Shown here piece by piece: positions 10,208 through 19,090 of a DNA stretch of 64,000 nt (within the stretch, counting starts at the first letter, position 1; each line of letters opens with the position of its first letter). Origin of the DNA: Tepidisphaera sp. (GTDB taxonomy: Bacteria; Planctomycetota; Phycisphaerae; Phycisphaerales; UBA1924); assembly GCA_050916045.1 (NCBI GenBank), contig CP051526.1, forward strand, positions 448,001-512,000, in the 5' to 3' direction. The position numbers and the translations under genes were made by a program. The notes below the pieces were generated by a model that had not been told where the DNA came from, ran no database searches, and saw only the letters and a program-made list of their open reading frames with translations.

Positions 10208-11116
10208 TTAGTAGATGGTCCCGGTGTTGACGATGGGTTGGGCGCTGTGGTCGCCGCAGAGAACGACCATGAGGTTGCTGACCATCGCGGCTTTGCGCTC
10301 GTCGTCGAGGGTGATCATCTTGGACTTGCTCATGTGGTCCAGAGCGGATTCGACCATGCCGACGGCGCCCTCGACGATCTTCATGCGAGCGGCGACGACG
10401 GCTTCGGCCTGCTGTCGGCGTAGCATCGCGCCCGCGATCTCGGGGGCGTAGGCGAGGTGGCTGAGGCGGGCTTCGTCGATCACGATGCCGGCTTTGTCGA
10501 GGCGTGCCTGAAGTTCAGCGCTCAAAGCGACGCTGATGTCGTCCATGCTGCCGCGCAGGCTTTTGATCGGCTCGCGGCCGACGTCGTAGTGGCCGTCGTA
10601 GGGATAGCTCGAAGCCAGGTGCCGGACGGCGGACTCGGACTGGATCTTGACGAAGTTGACGTAGTCATCGACGTCGAACGCGGCTTTCGCGGTGTCGACG
10701 ACGCGCCAGACGACGACGGCCGCGATCTCGATAGGGCTGCCGGCCAGGTCGTTGACCTTCAGCGTCTCCGTGTTGATGTTGCGGACGCGGAGAGAGATCT
10801 TCGTCTTGCTCAGGAACGGGTTGGCCCACCACAAGCCATCCTTGCGGACCGTGCCCTTGTACTCGCCGAAAAGCGTGAGCACCGCGGCGGTGTTGGGCTG
10901 CACCGTGATGAACCCGCAGAGCACGATGACCCAAGACACGATGCCCAGCACGCCCGTCACCATGCCCGCGATCGGCAAGGGCCTCGGCCCGCCGAACCGC
11001 TCGTTCATGTTGACGCCGGACCAGATCATGAGCCCGATCATCGCCGGGAGCAGCAAGAACGCCACGACCAGCATCGTCCATCCGGAACTTGGTTTTGACT
11101 CGCGTTCAACCACCAT
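10208..11116 (-). CDS. SPFH/Band 7 domain membrane protein
   Basis: Two TM helices, then LKVNDLAGSPIEIAAVVVWRV, QSESAVRHLA and LAYAPEIAGAMLRRQQA; AAGGAGG RBS before MVVER. Confidence 0.92.
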   Translation of the reverse strand: MVVERESKPSSGWTMLVVAFLLLPAMIGLMIWSGVNMNERFGGPRPLPIAGMVTGVLGIVSWVIVLCGFITVQPNTAAVLTLFGEYKGTVRKDGLWWANPFLSKTKISLRVRNINTETLKVNDLAGSPIEIAAVVVWRVVDTAKAAFDVDDYVNFVKIQSESAVRHLASSYPYDGHYDVGREPIKSLRGSMDDISVALSAELQARLDKAGIVIDEARLSHLAYAPEIAGAMLRRQQAEAVVAARMKIVEGAVGMVESALDHMSKSKMITLDDERKAAMVSNLMVVLCGDHSAQPIVNTGTIY

Positions 11117-11136
11117 GAGTGCCTCCTTGAGACAGA

Positions 11137-11164
11137 ATGATATCACAAATATACCACTGAGCAA
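11137..11164 (-). promoter_or_regulatory. Sigma70-like promoter of the SPFH-RHH operon overlapped by an imperfect palindrome
   Basis: Minus strand TTGCTC-N16-TATCAT; TGATAT-N7-ATACCA at 11138-11156 overlaps the spacer and -10. Confidence 0.55.
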
Positions 11165-11349
11165 GTCTTCGGTTGTTCTTTGCGGCAACTTCACAAGGCT
11201 GGGAAGGTAAATAAGTCCGATAACAGGTGTTCAGGGCTGTGTGCGCCTGAGGGCGGCATCGGGCCAACCCCGGGGAAGGGCCGGGGGATTGCTCGGGGGT
11301 GGCTTCCTCGAACATCGAACGCTTCTCGAACGCGTTCGTATGATCTCGC

Positions 11350-12558
11350 GTGCTGTGGCAACCCTCTCTTCCCGAACGCTACCTGAAGCTTTCCCCCGAT
11401 GAACTGGCGGAAGCGATCGCCGCGCGGCGGAAAGAGCTTGGGGACAAGCTCTTTATCCTCGGGCACCACTACCAGACCGACGAGGTCGTCCGGCACGCGG
11501 ATGTGACGGGCGACAGCCTCAAGCTGAGCCAGATCGCGGCCAAGGTCGCCGCTGAGCGGCCGGTGAAGTGGGTCGTCTTCTGCGGTGTCCACTTCATGGC
11601 CGAGTCGGCGGACATGCTCACACCCGAGCACGTCGAGGTGATCCTGCCGGACCTGTCGGCGGGGTGCTCGATGGCGGACATGGCTCAGTACGACGACACC
11701 GTGCAAGCGTGGGATGACCTCCATGACACCCTTATCGAGCAGGGGTGGAAGGGCCGGATCATCCCGATCACGTACGTGAACTCCTCCGCGGCGATCAAAG
11801 CGTTCGTCGGGGCTCGCGGCGGCGCGTGCTGCACCAGCAGCAACGCCAAGCGGGTCTTTGAATGGGCCGTCGCCGAAGCGGGCGAAGATGGCAAGATCCT
11901 CTTCCTGCCCGACCAGCACCTGGGTCGGAACACGGCTCACGCGTTCGGGATCGATGTCGCGAACGAATCGTGCATCTATGACCCGCGGCAGACGCGGCGC
12001 GGCGAGGCTCTCGGCGGAGCGACGCCCGAGCAGGTCCTTCGGTCGAAGGTGATCCTGTGGGCCGGGCACTGCTCGGTGCACAAGCTTTTCCGGCCCGAGC
12101 ACATCGACCAGATCCGCGAAGCGGACAAGACCGCCGCCGAGCGGACGACGATCCTCGTGCATCCCGAGTGCGCGAAGGAGGTTGTGGACAAAGCCGACCT
12201 CGCGGGGTCGACCGAGTTCATCATCAACACGATCCGGGCCGCCAAGCCGGGGAGCCGTTGGGCGATAGGGACGGAGTTTCACCTGGTCGCGCGGCTTGCG
12301 AAGGAAGCGGCGGCTCGCGAAGGTGGAGCGGTGCACGTCCGGATCCTGTCGGACTGTCAGTGCTTGTGCACGACGATGTACCGGATCGACCAGCCGCACC
12401 TGCTCTGGGTGCTTGACAACCTTGCGGGCGACTATTCGAAGGATGGCTCACCGAAGGTGGTGAACGCGATCCGGGTGCATCCGGAAGCGAGGCGGGATGC
12501 GTTGCTGGCGCTGGACCGGATGTTGTCGCTTTCGACGCCGGTGGCGGCCAAGGACTGA
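11350..12558 (+). CDS. nadA: Quinolinate synthase
   Basis: Motifs LGHHYQ, GDSL, FCGVHFMAE, AGCSMAD, YVNS, CTSSNA, PDQHLG, GHCSVH, HPEC, GSTE and CTTM. Confidence 0.97.
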   Translation: MLWQPSLPERYLKLSPDELAEAIAARRKELGDKLFILGHHYQTDEVVRHADVTGDSLKLSQIAAKVAAERPVKWVVFCGVHFMAESADMLTPEHVEVILPDLSAGCSMADMAQYDDTVQAWDDLHDTLIEQGWKGRIIPITYVNSSAAIKAFVGARGGACCTSSNAKRVFEWAVAEAGEDGKILFLPDQHLGRNTAHAFGIDVANESCIYDPRQTRRGEALGGATPEQVLRSKVILWAGHCSVHKLFRPEHIDQIREADKTAAERTTILVHPECAKEVVDKADLAGSTEFIINTIRAAKPGSRWAIGTEFHLVARLAKEAAAREGGAVHVRILSDCQCLCTTMYRIDQPHLLWVLDNLAGDYSKDGSPKVVNAIRVHPEARRDALLALDRMLSLSTPVAAKD

Positions 12559-13131
12559 ATCGCACAACTGTGTGAGATGAGGAAAGTAAAGCCATCGGCG
12601 CTCTCCCTCTCGAATGAAGAACTCATCGAGAGGCCGAGGAAACGGATCTGGCTCGTCCGCGACGCAGTATCTCAGGCCGATAGCGGAGCTGACTTCGCTG
12701 CTAACGCCACCTTCAAGCGCGACGGAAAAGTGTCCCACCGGACCCGGTCTTCGCCACATCTCCTCTCCGTGCTCATCATAAAACCGACGACGATGGCCAC
12801 ACCAAAACTGATGACGATTGAGCACCTCATAGGATGTTTCGGAAAGCCGCCGCTTGTGCTGAAACCATCCGCCGCGCCAGAGCACGTTGTAGGTCACGAG
12901 CGGGGGGATCAGCAGGTCACGGACTGGAATTGGCGTGATATCCGTGAGGTCGTAGCGAGACTTGTAGAGATAGACAAGAATGAGACCCTCCTCGCTGCAG
13001 GGCAAGCGATTGAACTTGATGTTCGTTCGCACAACGATGCCAGACCTCACAATCTGATCGGCCATGACAAACTCAAACAGGTCGCCTTGCTCCACGATTC
13101 TGCGGGAGCGCGGCCCTTGAAGCAGATTCAT
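12448..13131 (-). CDS. Imm26-like immunity protein (orphan), with an extended C-terminus overlapping nadA
   Basis: GDLFEF...G.VVRT...LILVYLY...LLIPPLVT...W..GWF...VL..H.F...YDEHGEE...P.G.F resembles Imm26 proteins from memory; GAGGA RBS; visibly more AT-rich than the flanking genes. Confidence 0.6.
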   Translation of the reverse strand: MNLLQGPRSRRIVEQGDLFEFVMADQIVRSGIVVRTNIKFNRLPCSEEGLILVYLYKSRYDLTDITPIPVRDLLIPPLVTYNVLWRGGWFQHKRRLSETSYEVLNRHQFWCGHRRRFYDEHGEEMWRRPGPVGHFSVALEGGVSSEVSSAIGLRYCVADEPDPFPRPLDEFFIREGERRWLYFPHLTQLCDSVLGRHRRRKRQHPVQRQQRIPPRFRMHPDRVHHLR

Positions 13132-13450
13132 GATGAATCGCGAGTCCTCTTTCAACGAAGTCCCGATCGGAGTCAGTTTGAACGTCGCTGCCGCGTGGCA
13201 GTGGCCGAGACCAGCATACCCAGCACACGAGCCGGGGACGCCGCCCAAGCCACCGGGTGAGTTCCGAACTGGTCCCAGAACGGTTCCGTGGGCGACCCTA
13301 TCCTCGTGGCCCGGAGCCGTCATGAGGTTTCGGGGTGGGTTTGGGGGCGGATTCGGCCGATGAAACCGGACGGTCCGGTGACGTTCAACACCGAACTTTC
13401 CGGACCTTCGGCCGTAGTGCGGGTTCAGTGAGCAGAGCGAGGAGTCAGTC

Positions 13451-14779
13451 ATGCGGATCGCGGTCTTTGGTCTTGGGTATGTCGGAGCGGTGTCGTGCGG
13501 CTGCCTTGCGGAGCTTGGGCACTCGATCATCGGGTGCGATGTCAGCCAGGCCAAGGTCGACCTGATCAAGGCCGGTAAGCCGCCGATCGTGGAGGAGGGC
13601 TTGCCCGAGCTGCTTGAGAAAGCGATCAAAGCGGGCCGGCTGACGGCTCTGATGGATGCGGATGAGGCCGTCAGGACGTCCGACGCCGCGCTCGTCTGCG
13701 TCGGCACGCCGAGCACGCCGAGCGGCGGCGTCAACGCCGTCTACCTCGAGACGGTCTGCAAGCAGATCGGCGAAGCGATCAAGAAGCACGCTCCCAAGCA
13801 CTACGTCGTCATGAGCCGGTCGACGAGCTTGCCCAATGTCCATGAGAGCCTCATCAAGATCCTCGAGCAGTCGAGCGGGCGGAAGATGGGCGAGGGGATC
13901 GGCTACGTCTGCCACCCCGAGTTCCTGCGCGAGGGCGTGAGCGTGTACGACTTCTTCAACCCGCCCAAGATCGTCTTTGGGCCCACGGACGCGAGGACGG
14001 CCGAGGTGTGCAAGACGATGTACCCGACGGAGAACCATCCGGGTCTGAAGTGTCCGACGTTCTTCCTGACGCCTTCGGAAGCGTCGATGGTGAAGTACGC
14101 GGACAACTGCTTCCATGCTCTCAAGTGCACGTTCGGCAACGAGATCGGGATGATCTGCAAGACGCTGGGCGTTGACAGCCACAAGGTGATGGATGTCTTC
14201 TGCGCGGACACCAAGCTGAACATCTCGGCGAAGTACCTCAAGCCTGGGTTCGCGTTCGGCGGATCGTGCTTGCCGAAGGACCTGCGCGGGATCCTGGATG
14301 CGTCGCGCGACACGGCGACGGCGCTGCCGATGCTCGCGGGCACGCTCGCGAGCAACGAGGTGCAGATCAAGTCGCTGATCAAGCGGGTGGTGAGCGAGAA
14401 GCGGCCGAAGGTCGGCATCATCGGGTTGGCATTCAAGGAAGGGACCGACGACGTTCGCGAGAGCCCGATCGTGACGGTCGTCGAGAACCTGTGCGGCAAG
14501 GGCCACCCGGTCAAGATTTACGATGAGCACCTGTCGGTGCAGGCGCTGGTGGGGGCGAACCGCAGCTTCGCGTTCCAGATGGTGCCGCACCTGTCGGAAC
14601 TGATGACGCAGAACCTGGCGGAGGTCGTGGCGTGGGCGGACACGCTGATCGTGACGCACAGGCTCAAGCCGGCGACGTGGGCGGGCGTGACGTTCAAGCC
14701 CGGCCAGCGGGTGATCGACCTGATGAACATCCCCGACCTGCGGAAAGCGGGCTCGGGGTACGAAGGCCTGTACTGGTAA
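13451..14779 (+). CDS. Nucleotide-sugar dehydrogenase (GDP-mannose 6-dehydrogenase/UDP-glucose dehydrogenase family)
   Basis: Motifs GLGYVG, CVGTPS, PEFLREG, KYADNCFHALK, FAFGGSCLPKD and FKEGTDDVRESP. Confidence 0.93.
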   Translation: MRIAVFGLGYVGAVSCGCLAELGHSIIGCDVSQAKVDLIKAGKPPIVEEGLPELLEKAIKAGRLTALMDADEAVRTSDAALVCVGTPSTPSGGVNAVYLETVCKQIGEAIKKHAPKHYVVMSRSTSLPNVHESLIKILEQSSGRKMGEGIGYVCHPEFLREGVSVYDFFNPPKIVFGPTDARTAEVCKTMYPTENHPGLKCPTFFLTPSEASMVKYADNCFHALKCTFGNEIGMICKTLGVDSHKVMDVFCADTKLNISAKYLKPGFAFGGSCLPKDLRGILDASRDTATALPMLAGTLASNEVQIKSLIKRVVSEKRPKVGIIGLAFKEGTDDVRESPIVTVVENLCGKGHPVKIYDEHLSVQALVGANRSFAFQMVPHLSELMTQNLAEVVAWADTLIVTHRLKPATWAGVTFKPGQRVIDLMNIPDLRKAGSGYEGLYW

Positions 14780-14809
14780 GCGGGCTGGAACGAAACACAA
14801 AGCGTTGTC

Positions 14810-14841
14810 AGGCCTCGGCTTAGAGCCGAGGCCTTTTGTTT
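14810..14841 (+). terminator. Rho-independent terminator
   Basis: AGGCCTCGGCT-tag-AGCCGAGGCCT followed by TTTGTTT. Confidence 0.8.
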
Positions 14842-14967
14842 GGGCTGTTTTCACTTGTGTTGGGGGGCGAGGTCCTGTAAGCTACGCCGTAACTGTTTCT
14901 GAAATTGTATCGGTACTGTTACCGATGCGGAGAACGGGGCCGATCGGGCGTGGGCAAGGAGAACGGC

Positions 14968-15753
14968 ATGAAGAACGCGAACGTGTTTGCGATGGGCGTG
15001 GCGGTGATGGCGGGCGTGTGCAGCGCGCGGGCGCAGGATGTGATTGTCAACGGCGGGTTTGAAGCCGAGGGCGAAGCCGGGTCGACGGATTCGGGAAGCT
15101 GGATCGAGATCGCCAACGGAGGCGAGGGCACGGTGTCGGAGCGTGTGGGTTCCGGAGCTGCGGTTGGCTCTTTCGCGCACCGGCTGGTCGCGGTCGGGCA
15201 GAACGGGCTGGGCGGGACGGGCGTGATCCTTCAGAACAGCCGGACGAACGGCGGTTTGGCTTCACTCGAGCAGAACACGCAGGTGAGCGCGGTGTTCCAA
15301 GCGAACGTGGACCTTGGCCCCGGGGGCGTCGGGTTCTACACGCTTCGGGTTCTCAACGGTGCGGGCGCGATCGTGGCGAGTTCGGGCACGGGCGTGATCA
15401 CGCGGAGCACCAATGGGCAGTACGAGTTCTTCGCGATGGGCCCGCTGACGGTGCCGGCGTTCGGGGAAGCCCCGAACGACGTGTACTCGGCGTTCGTCGA
15501 GATCGCGATGGCGGCGGGGGCGTTCCCCGAGTCGCGAGCGGAAGGCTTGATCGATGGGGTGGTGGTGACGGGGACTCTGGTGTCGTCGTGCGCGGCGGAC
15601 TTCAACGCGGATGGGTTCCTGGACTTCTTTGACTACGGCGACTTTGTGACGGCGTTTGAGACGGGCGTGGGCGACGCGGACTTCAACAATGACGGGTTCG
15701 TTGATTTCTTCGACTACGCGGACTTTGTCACCGCTTTCGAACTTGGTTGCTGA
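14968..15753 (+). CDS. Secreted protein with a CBM-like beta domain and a C-terminal GC-type dockerin-like anchor
   Basis: Signal peptide ending ARA-Q; IVNGGFE; C-terminus CAADFNADGFLDFFDYGDFVTAFETG...ADFNNDGFVDFFDYADFVTAFELGC. Confidence 0.85.
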   Translation: MKNANVFAMGVAVMAGVCSARAQDVIVNGGFEAEGEAGSTDSGSWIEIANGGEGTVSERVGSGAAVGSFAHRLVAVGQNGLGGTGVILQNSRTNGGLASLEQNTQVSAVFQANVDLGPGGVGFYTLRVLNGAGAIVASSGTGVITRSTNGQYEFFAMGPLTVPAFGEAPNDVYSAFVEIAMAAGAFPESRAEGLIDGVVVTGTLVSSCAADFNADGFLDFFDYGDFVTAFETGVGDADFNNDGFVDFFDYADFVTAFELGC

Positions 15754-15789
15754 TCGCGGCATCGCGAGAGCATGACCGAACTTCACGAG

Positions 15790-15822
15790 GGAGCTCCGAT
15801 CTGTGTCGGAGCTCCTTTCTTT
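15790..15822 (+). terminator. Rho-independent terminator
   Basis: GGAGCTCCGA-N6-TCGGAGCTCC followed by TTTCTTT. Confidence 0.8.
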
Positions 15823-15886
15823 GGCACAGAATTGTGCATGAATGTGTCGCGTGCAGGTTCGGGCCGCACTCGGTACGCTTTCCGCC

Positions 15887-17446
15887 ATGCTGAGCCGCGT
15901 CCAGTCGTATCTGTTGCATGGGATCGATGCTCTGCCGTGCGAGGTGGAGGTTGATTACGACGACACGGAAATCAACAAACCCGGGGCGGTCGTGGGTTTG
16001 CCCGACGCGGCGGTGAAGGAAGCTTTGGACCGCGTGGGCGCGGCGCTCGGGAACAGCGGGTACGGGTGGCCGCAGGGGAAGGTGCTGATCAATCTGGCAC
16101 CGGCGGATGTACGCAAAGAAGGGCCGGTGTATGACCTGCCGATCGCGGTGGGGATCTTGATGGTGCAGGGGGTGATCCCGACGCACGTGCCCAAGCGCGG
16201 GTCGCTTGCGGCGGCGGATCCGCCGGGGCTGGATCATCGCCGGCTTGTGTTCGCGGGGGAGCTGGCTCTGGATGGGCGGGTGCGGCCGATCAAGGGAGCG
16301 ATCGCGCTGGCGGCGATGGCGAGGGCGAGCGGGGCGATGGGGATTGTGGTGCCGAGGGACAACGCGCTGGAAGCGGCGGTGGTCGAAGGGCTGAACGTCT
16401 ACGGCGTGTCGACGCTTGCGGAGGTCGTGGGGGTGCTGACGGGGCATCTGGAAGCCGAGCCGCAGTCGCCGGTGGATGTGGGGTCGCTGCTTCGCAACGC
16501 GGCGGCACCGATTGATTTCGTCGAGATTCGTGGGCAGGAGGGGGTGAAGCGGGCGATCGTTATCGCGGCGGCGGGCTCGCACAACATCGTCATGCTCGGG
16601 CCGGCGGGGACGGGGAAGACGATGATGGCCAAGGCGCTGCCGGGCGTGCTGCCGCCGCTCTTGCCCGACGAAGCGATCGAGATCACGCGGATCTATTCGG
16701 CGGCGGGTGCTTTGCAGCCTGGGTCGGGGCTGATCACGAGCAGGCCGGTGCGGAGCCCGCACCACACGGCGAGCCCGCCGGCGATCGTGGGCGGGGGTGC
16801 GGTGCCGCGGCCGGGGGAGATCTCGCTGGCGCATCGCGGCGTGCTATTCATGGATGAGCTACCGGAGTTTCCGCGTGATGTGCTTGAGACCTTGCGGCAG
16901 CCGATGGAGGACCATTGCGTGACGATCGCGCGGAGCCACGGGTCGGTGCGGTTTCCGGCGAACTTCATGCTGGTGGCGGCGATGAACCCGACGCCGAAGG
17001 GGCACTTGGAAGCGGGGGAGGTGGGCAAGCGTGCGATGGACCGGTACCTGTCGCGGCTTTCGGGCCCGCTTCTGGACCGGATCGATCTGCATGTGGAAGC
17101 TCCGGCGGTGCCGTTCAAGGAGCTCTCGTCGGCGCCGAAGGGAAGCTCGACGGCGATGATGCGGGAGCAAGTGATGAGGGCGAGGGCGGTGCAAGCGGCG
17201 CGGCAGGGAGCGGCGACGCCGAACGCGCGGCTGAGCGGCAAGCAGCTTGACGAGTTTGCTCCGATGGAGGAGCAGGCGCGGGTGATGCTGGGGCAGGCGC
17301 TGACGGAGATGGGTCTTTCGGCGCGGGCGTACGACAAGCTTCGTCGGATCGCGCGGACGATCGCGGACCTGGAGGGCAAGCAGGTGCTGACTTTTGCGCA
17401 CGTGGCGGAAGCGGTGCAGTATCGGCTGCTGGATCGGAAGGTGTGA
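15887..17446 (+). CDS. comM: YifB/ComM family Mg-chelatase-like AAA+ ATPase
   Basis: Motifs INLAPADVRKEG..YDLPIA, GELALDG, GPAGTGKT, RSPHH, PGEISLAHRGVLFMDE, SGPLLDRIDL and LSARAYDK. Confidence 0.93.
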   Translation: MLSRVQSYLLHGIDALPCEVEVDYDDTEINKPGAVVGLPDAAVKEALDRVGAALGNSGYGWPQGKVLINLAPADVRKEGPVYDLPIAVGILMVQGVIPTHVPKRGSLAAADPPGLDHRRLVFAGELALDGRVRPIKGAIALAAMARASGAMGIVVPRDNALEAAVVEGLNVYGVSTLAEVVGVLTGHLEAEPQSPVDVGSLLRNAAAPIDFVEIRGQEGVKRAIVIAAAGSHNIVMLGPAGTGKTMMAKALPGVLPPLLPDEAIEITRIYSAAGALQPGSGLITSRPVRSPHHTASPPAIVGGGAVPRPGEISLAHRGVLFMDELPEFPRDVLETLRQPMEDHCVTIARSHGSVRFPANFMLVAAMNPTPKGHLEAGEVGKRAMDRYLSRLSGPLLDRIDLHVEAPAVPFKELSSAPKGSSTAMMREQVMRARAVQAARQGAATPNARLSGKQLDEFAPMEEQARVMLGQALTEMGLSARAYDKLRRIARTIADLEGKQVLTFAHVAEAVQYRLLDRKV

Positions 17447-17455
17447 CGCGGCCGC

Positions 17456-19060
17456 TCAGCAGCCGGATTCAAATGCTTCAACGAACTCGATGTAGTCAAA
17501 GAAGTCGGCAAAGCCGTCGCTGTTGGCATCCCCGGAGCGGCCGTCGGGGCACTCGCCTCCCTCAAAGCAGTCGACGAAGTTCGAGTAGTCGAAGAAATCG
17601 ATGAAGCCGTCGTTGTTGAAATCCGCGACGCAGCCGGGAGCGATGACCCGAACGCTTCCGACGTACTCGCCGAACGTTGTCGTCACGTTGAAGAAGTACC
17701 ATCCGTCCGGCGAGAGGAGTGAGTATCGGTCGTCATCTCCTCCCGAGTGCGGTGCGGCCGCAAATGAGAATGAACCCTCGAACGGCGGGCTGGTCCACGC
17801 GACATTGCCGCGGACTCCCGACTCGGCGGGGAGCGGCTGGTTGATCGCGGCGATGGTGACCGTTCCACCGACAGGCTTGTAGATGGCGAGCGAGTTGTTG
17901 AAGAGCAGAGCGACGTCGTCCCGATCGTTCATGGACGCGAAGTTGAGGCTTCGGGGGCCGCTGGATCCGCCGCTTGGCTGTCCTGCGCGTGAGCGCGCGA
18001 TCAGTGTGGTTTGACCGTCTCTCCAGAGATAGACAGCCAGGAAGTTATCATCGTTGATGCCCGGCCCCGCGAGGTTGGCGAGATAGAGCACCGCTCCGGT
18101 GCGGTTTGCCGTGAGAAAGCGGACGCTGCTGATGAGCACGCCTGCGTCGGTGCCCGTGGCGCGGTCGCCGACGCGAGCAAGCGTGGTCGCGAGGCCCGCG
18201 GGTCCGGAGGGAGGAATCAGCCAGAGGCCGGGGCTTTGCTCCCAGTTCTCCGAGATCGCGACCGATCCGTCCGGCAGGGCGTGCGACGTGAAGATGAACC
18301 AATTGGCGAAGGGGACCGGCCCGCGGTCGGTCGGCAGAGGCGCCGAGCCGTTGTAGACGATGCGCGAGCCCAGCTCATCGGCGACGCACGCGACGGGGTA
18401 CGACCGTCCGGAAGGCGGACGGAGAACCCCGACGAAGGAGAGTTCGCCGCGCGAGTTGAGGCGCGGCGGCAGATGTCCGGACGTGCTGAACGTGCCGATC
18501 AAGCTCGGGGGAACGTAACTTGCAGGGATGACGACGCGGTACGGCCCCGCGATCGGTCCGACTTCGTACCCGGTCGCTTGCAGACGGACACGCAGGCCGT
18601 TGCGTGTGCATCCAGACACCGTCCCCCAGCCGAGGATGTCCGGTGATTCGAAGTCTCCGGCGAAAAGCACGTTGGACGGCGCACCCAGGTCGCCTCCCGA
18701 GGCGATGGCGGAGAAGTACGAACCGCCGCTTTCGAGCGGCCAGATCTCGTTGCGGAAGGTGCCGCCCCAGATGACACCCTGGGGCTGGCCCGGGATCTGC
18801 GTCCCGGCGACCATGACCCGGCGGAGAGAGATGCCGTCGGACAGGTAGTTTTCGCCGGCTTGCGTTCGGATCAGCGCGTGGAGCGGGTTGAACATGGCAA
18901 GCCTGCTGACGCTCGCGGGAGGCACGAGCGCCGGGTCGACCCCGACCTGGCTGGTGCCCACGAGGGCACGGAACTCAAGCACCGGTTCGGCTCGTGCCGA
19001 GACCGCGAGGGAACCGAGTGCAAGGGCGGCGAGGGGGAAGGCGGCGGGCGGGATCGTCAT
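17456..19060 (-). CDS. Secreted beta-repeat (NxxGxxxF-type) protein with a C-terminal GC-type dockerin-like anchor
   Basis: Signal peptide; LNSRGELSF, ANRTGAVLY and MNDRDDVAL repeats; C-terminus ADFNNDGFIDFFDY...FVEAFESGC. Confidence 0.85.
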   Translation of the reverse strand: MTIPPAAFPLAALALGSLAVSARAEPVLEFRALVGTSQVGVDPALVPPASVSRLAMFNPLHALIRTQAGENYLSDGISLRRVMVAGTQIPGQPQGVIWGGTFRNEIWPLESGGSYFSAIASGGDLGAPSNVLFAGDFESPDILGWGTVSGCTRNGLRVRLQATGYEVGPIAGPYRVVIPASYVPPSLIGTFSTSGHLPPRLNSRGELSFVGVLRPPSGRSYPVACVADELGSRIVYNGSAPLPTDRGPVPFANWFIFTSHALPDGSVAISENWEQSPGLWLIPPSGPAGLATTLARVGDRATGTDAGVLISSVRFLTANRTGAVLYLANLAGPGINDDNFLAVYLWRDGQTTLIARSRAGQPSGGSSGPRSLNFASMNDRDDVALLFNNSLAIYKPVGGTVTIAAINQPLPAESGVRGNVAWTSPPFEGSFSFAAAPHSGGDDDRYSLLSPDGWYFFNVTTTFGEYVGSVRVIAPGCVADFNNDGFIDFFDYSNFVDCFEGGECPDGRSGDANSDGFADFFDYIEFVEAFESGC

Positions 19061-19090
19061 GATGGGTCCTCAGCGAGATCGGAGGAAGTT

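Noticed and set aside
11308..11338. Repeated TCGAAC and CGAACGCGTTCG upstream of nadA as an SOS box
   Set aside because: The spacing is GAAC-N2-GTTC rather than GAAC-N4-GTTC, and there is no other support.
12577..13260. 227-aa plus-strand ORF after nadA
   Set aside because: It has no recognisable motif, whereas the opposite strand has an SD and an Imm26-like pattern. It is not fully excluded.
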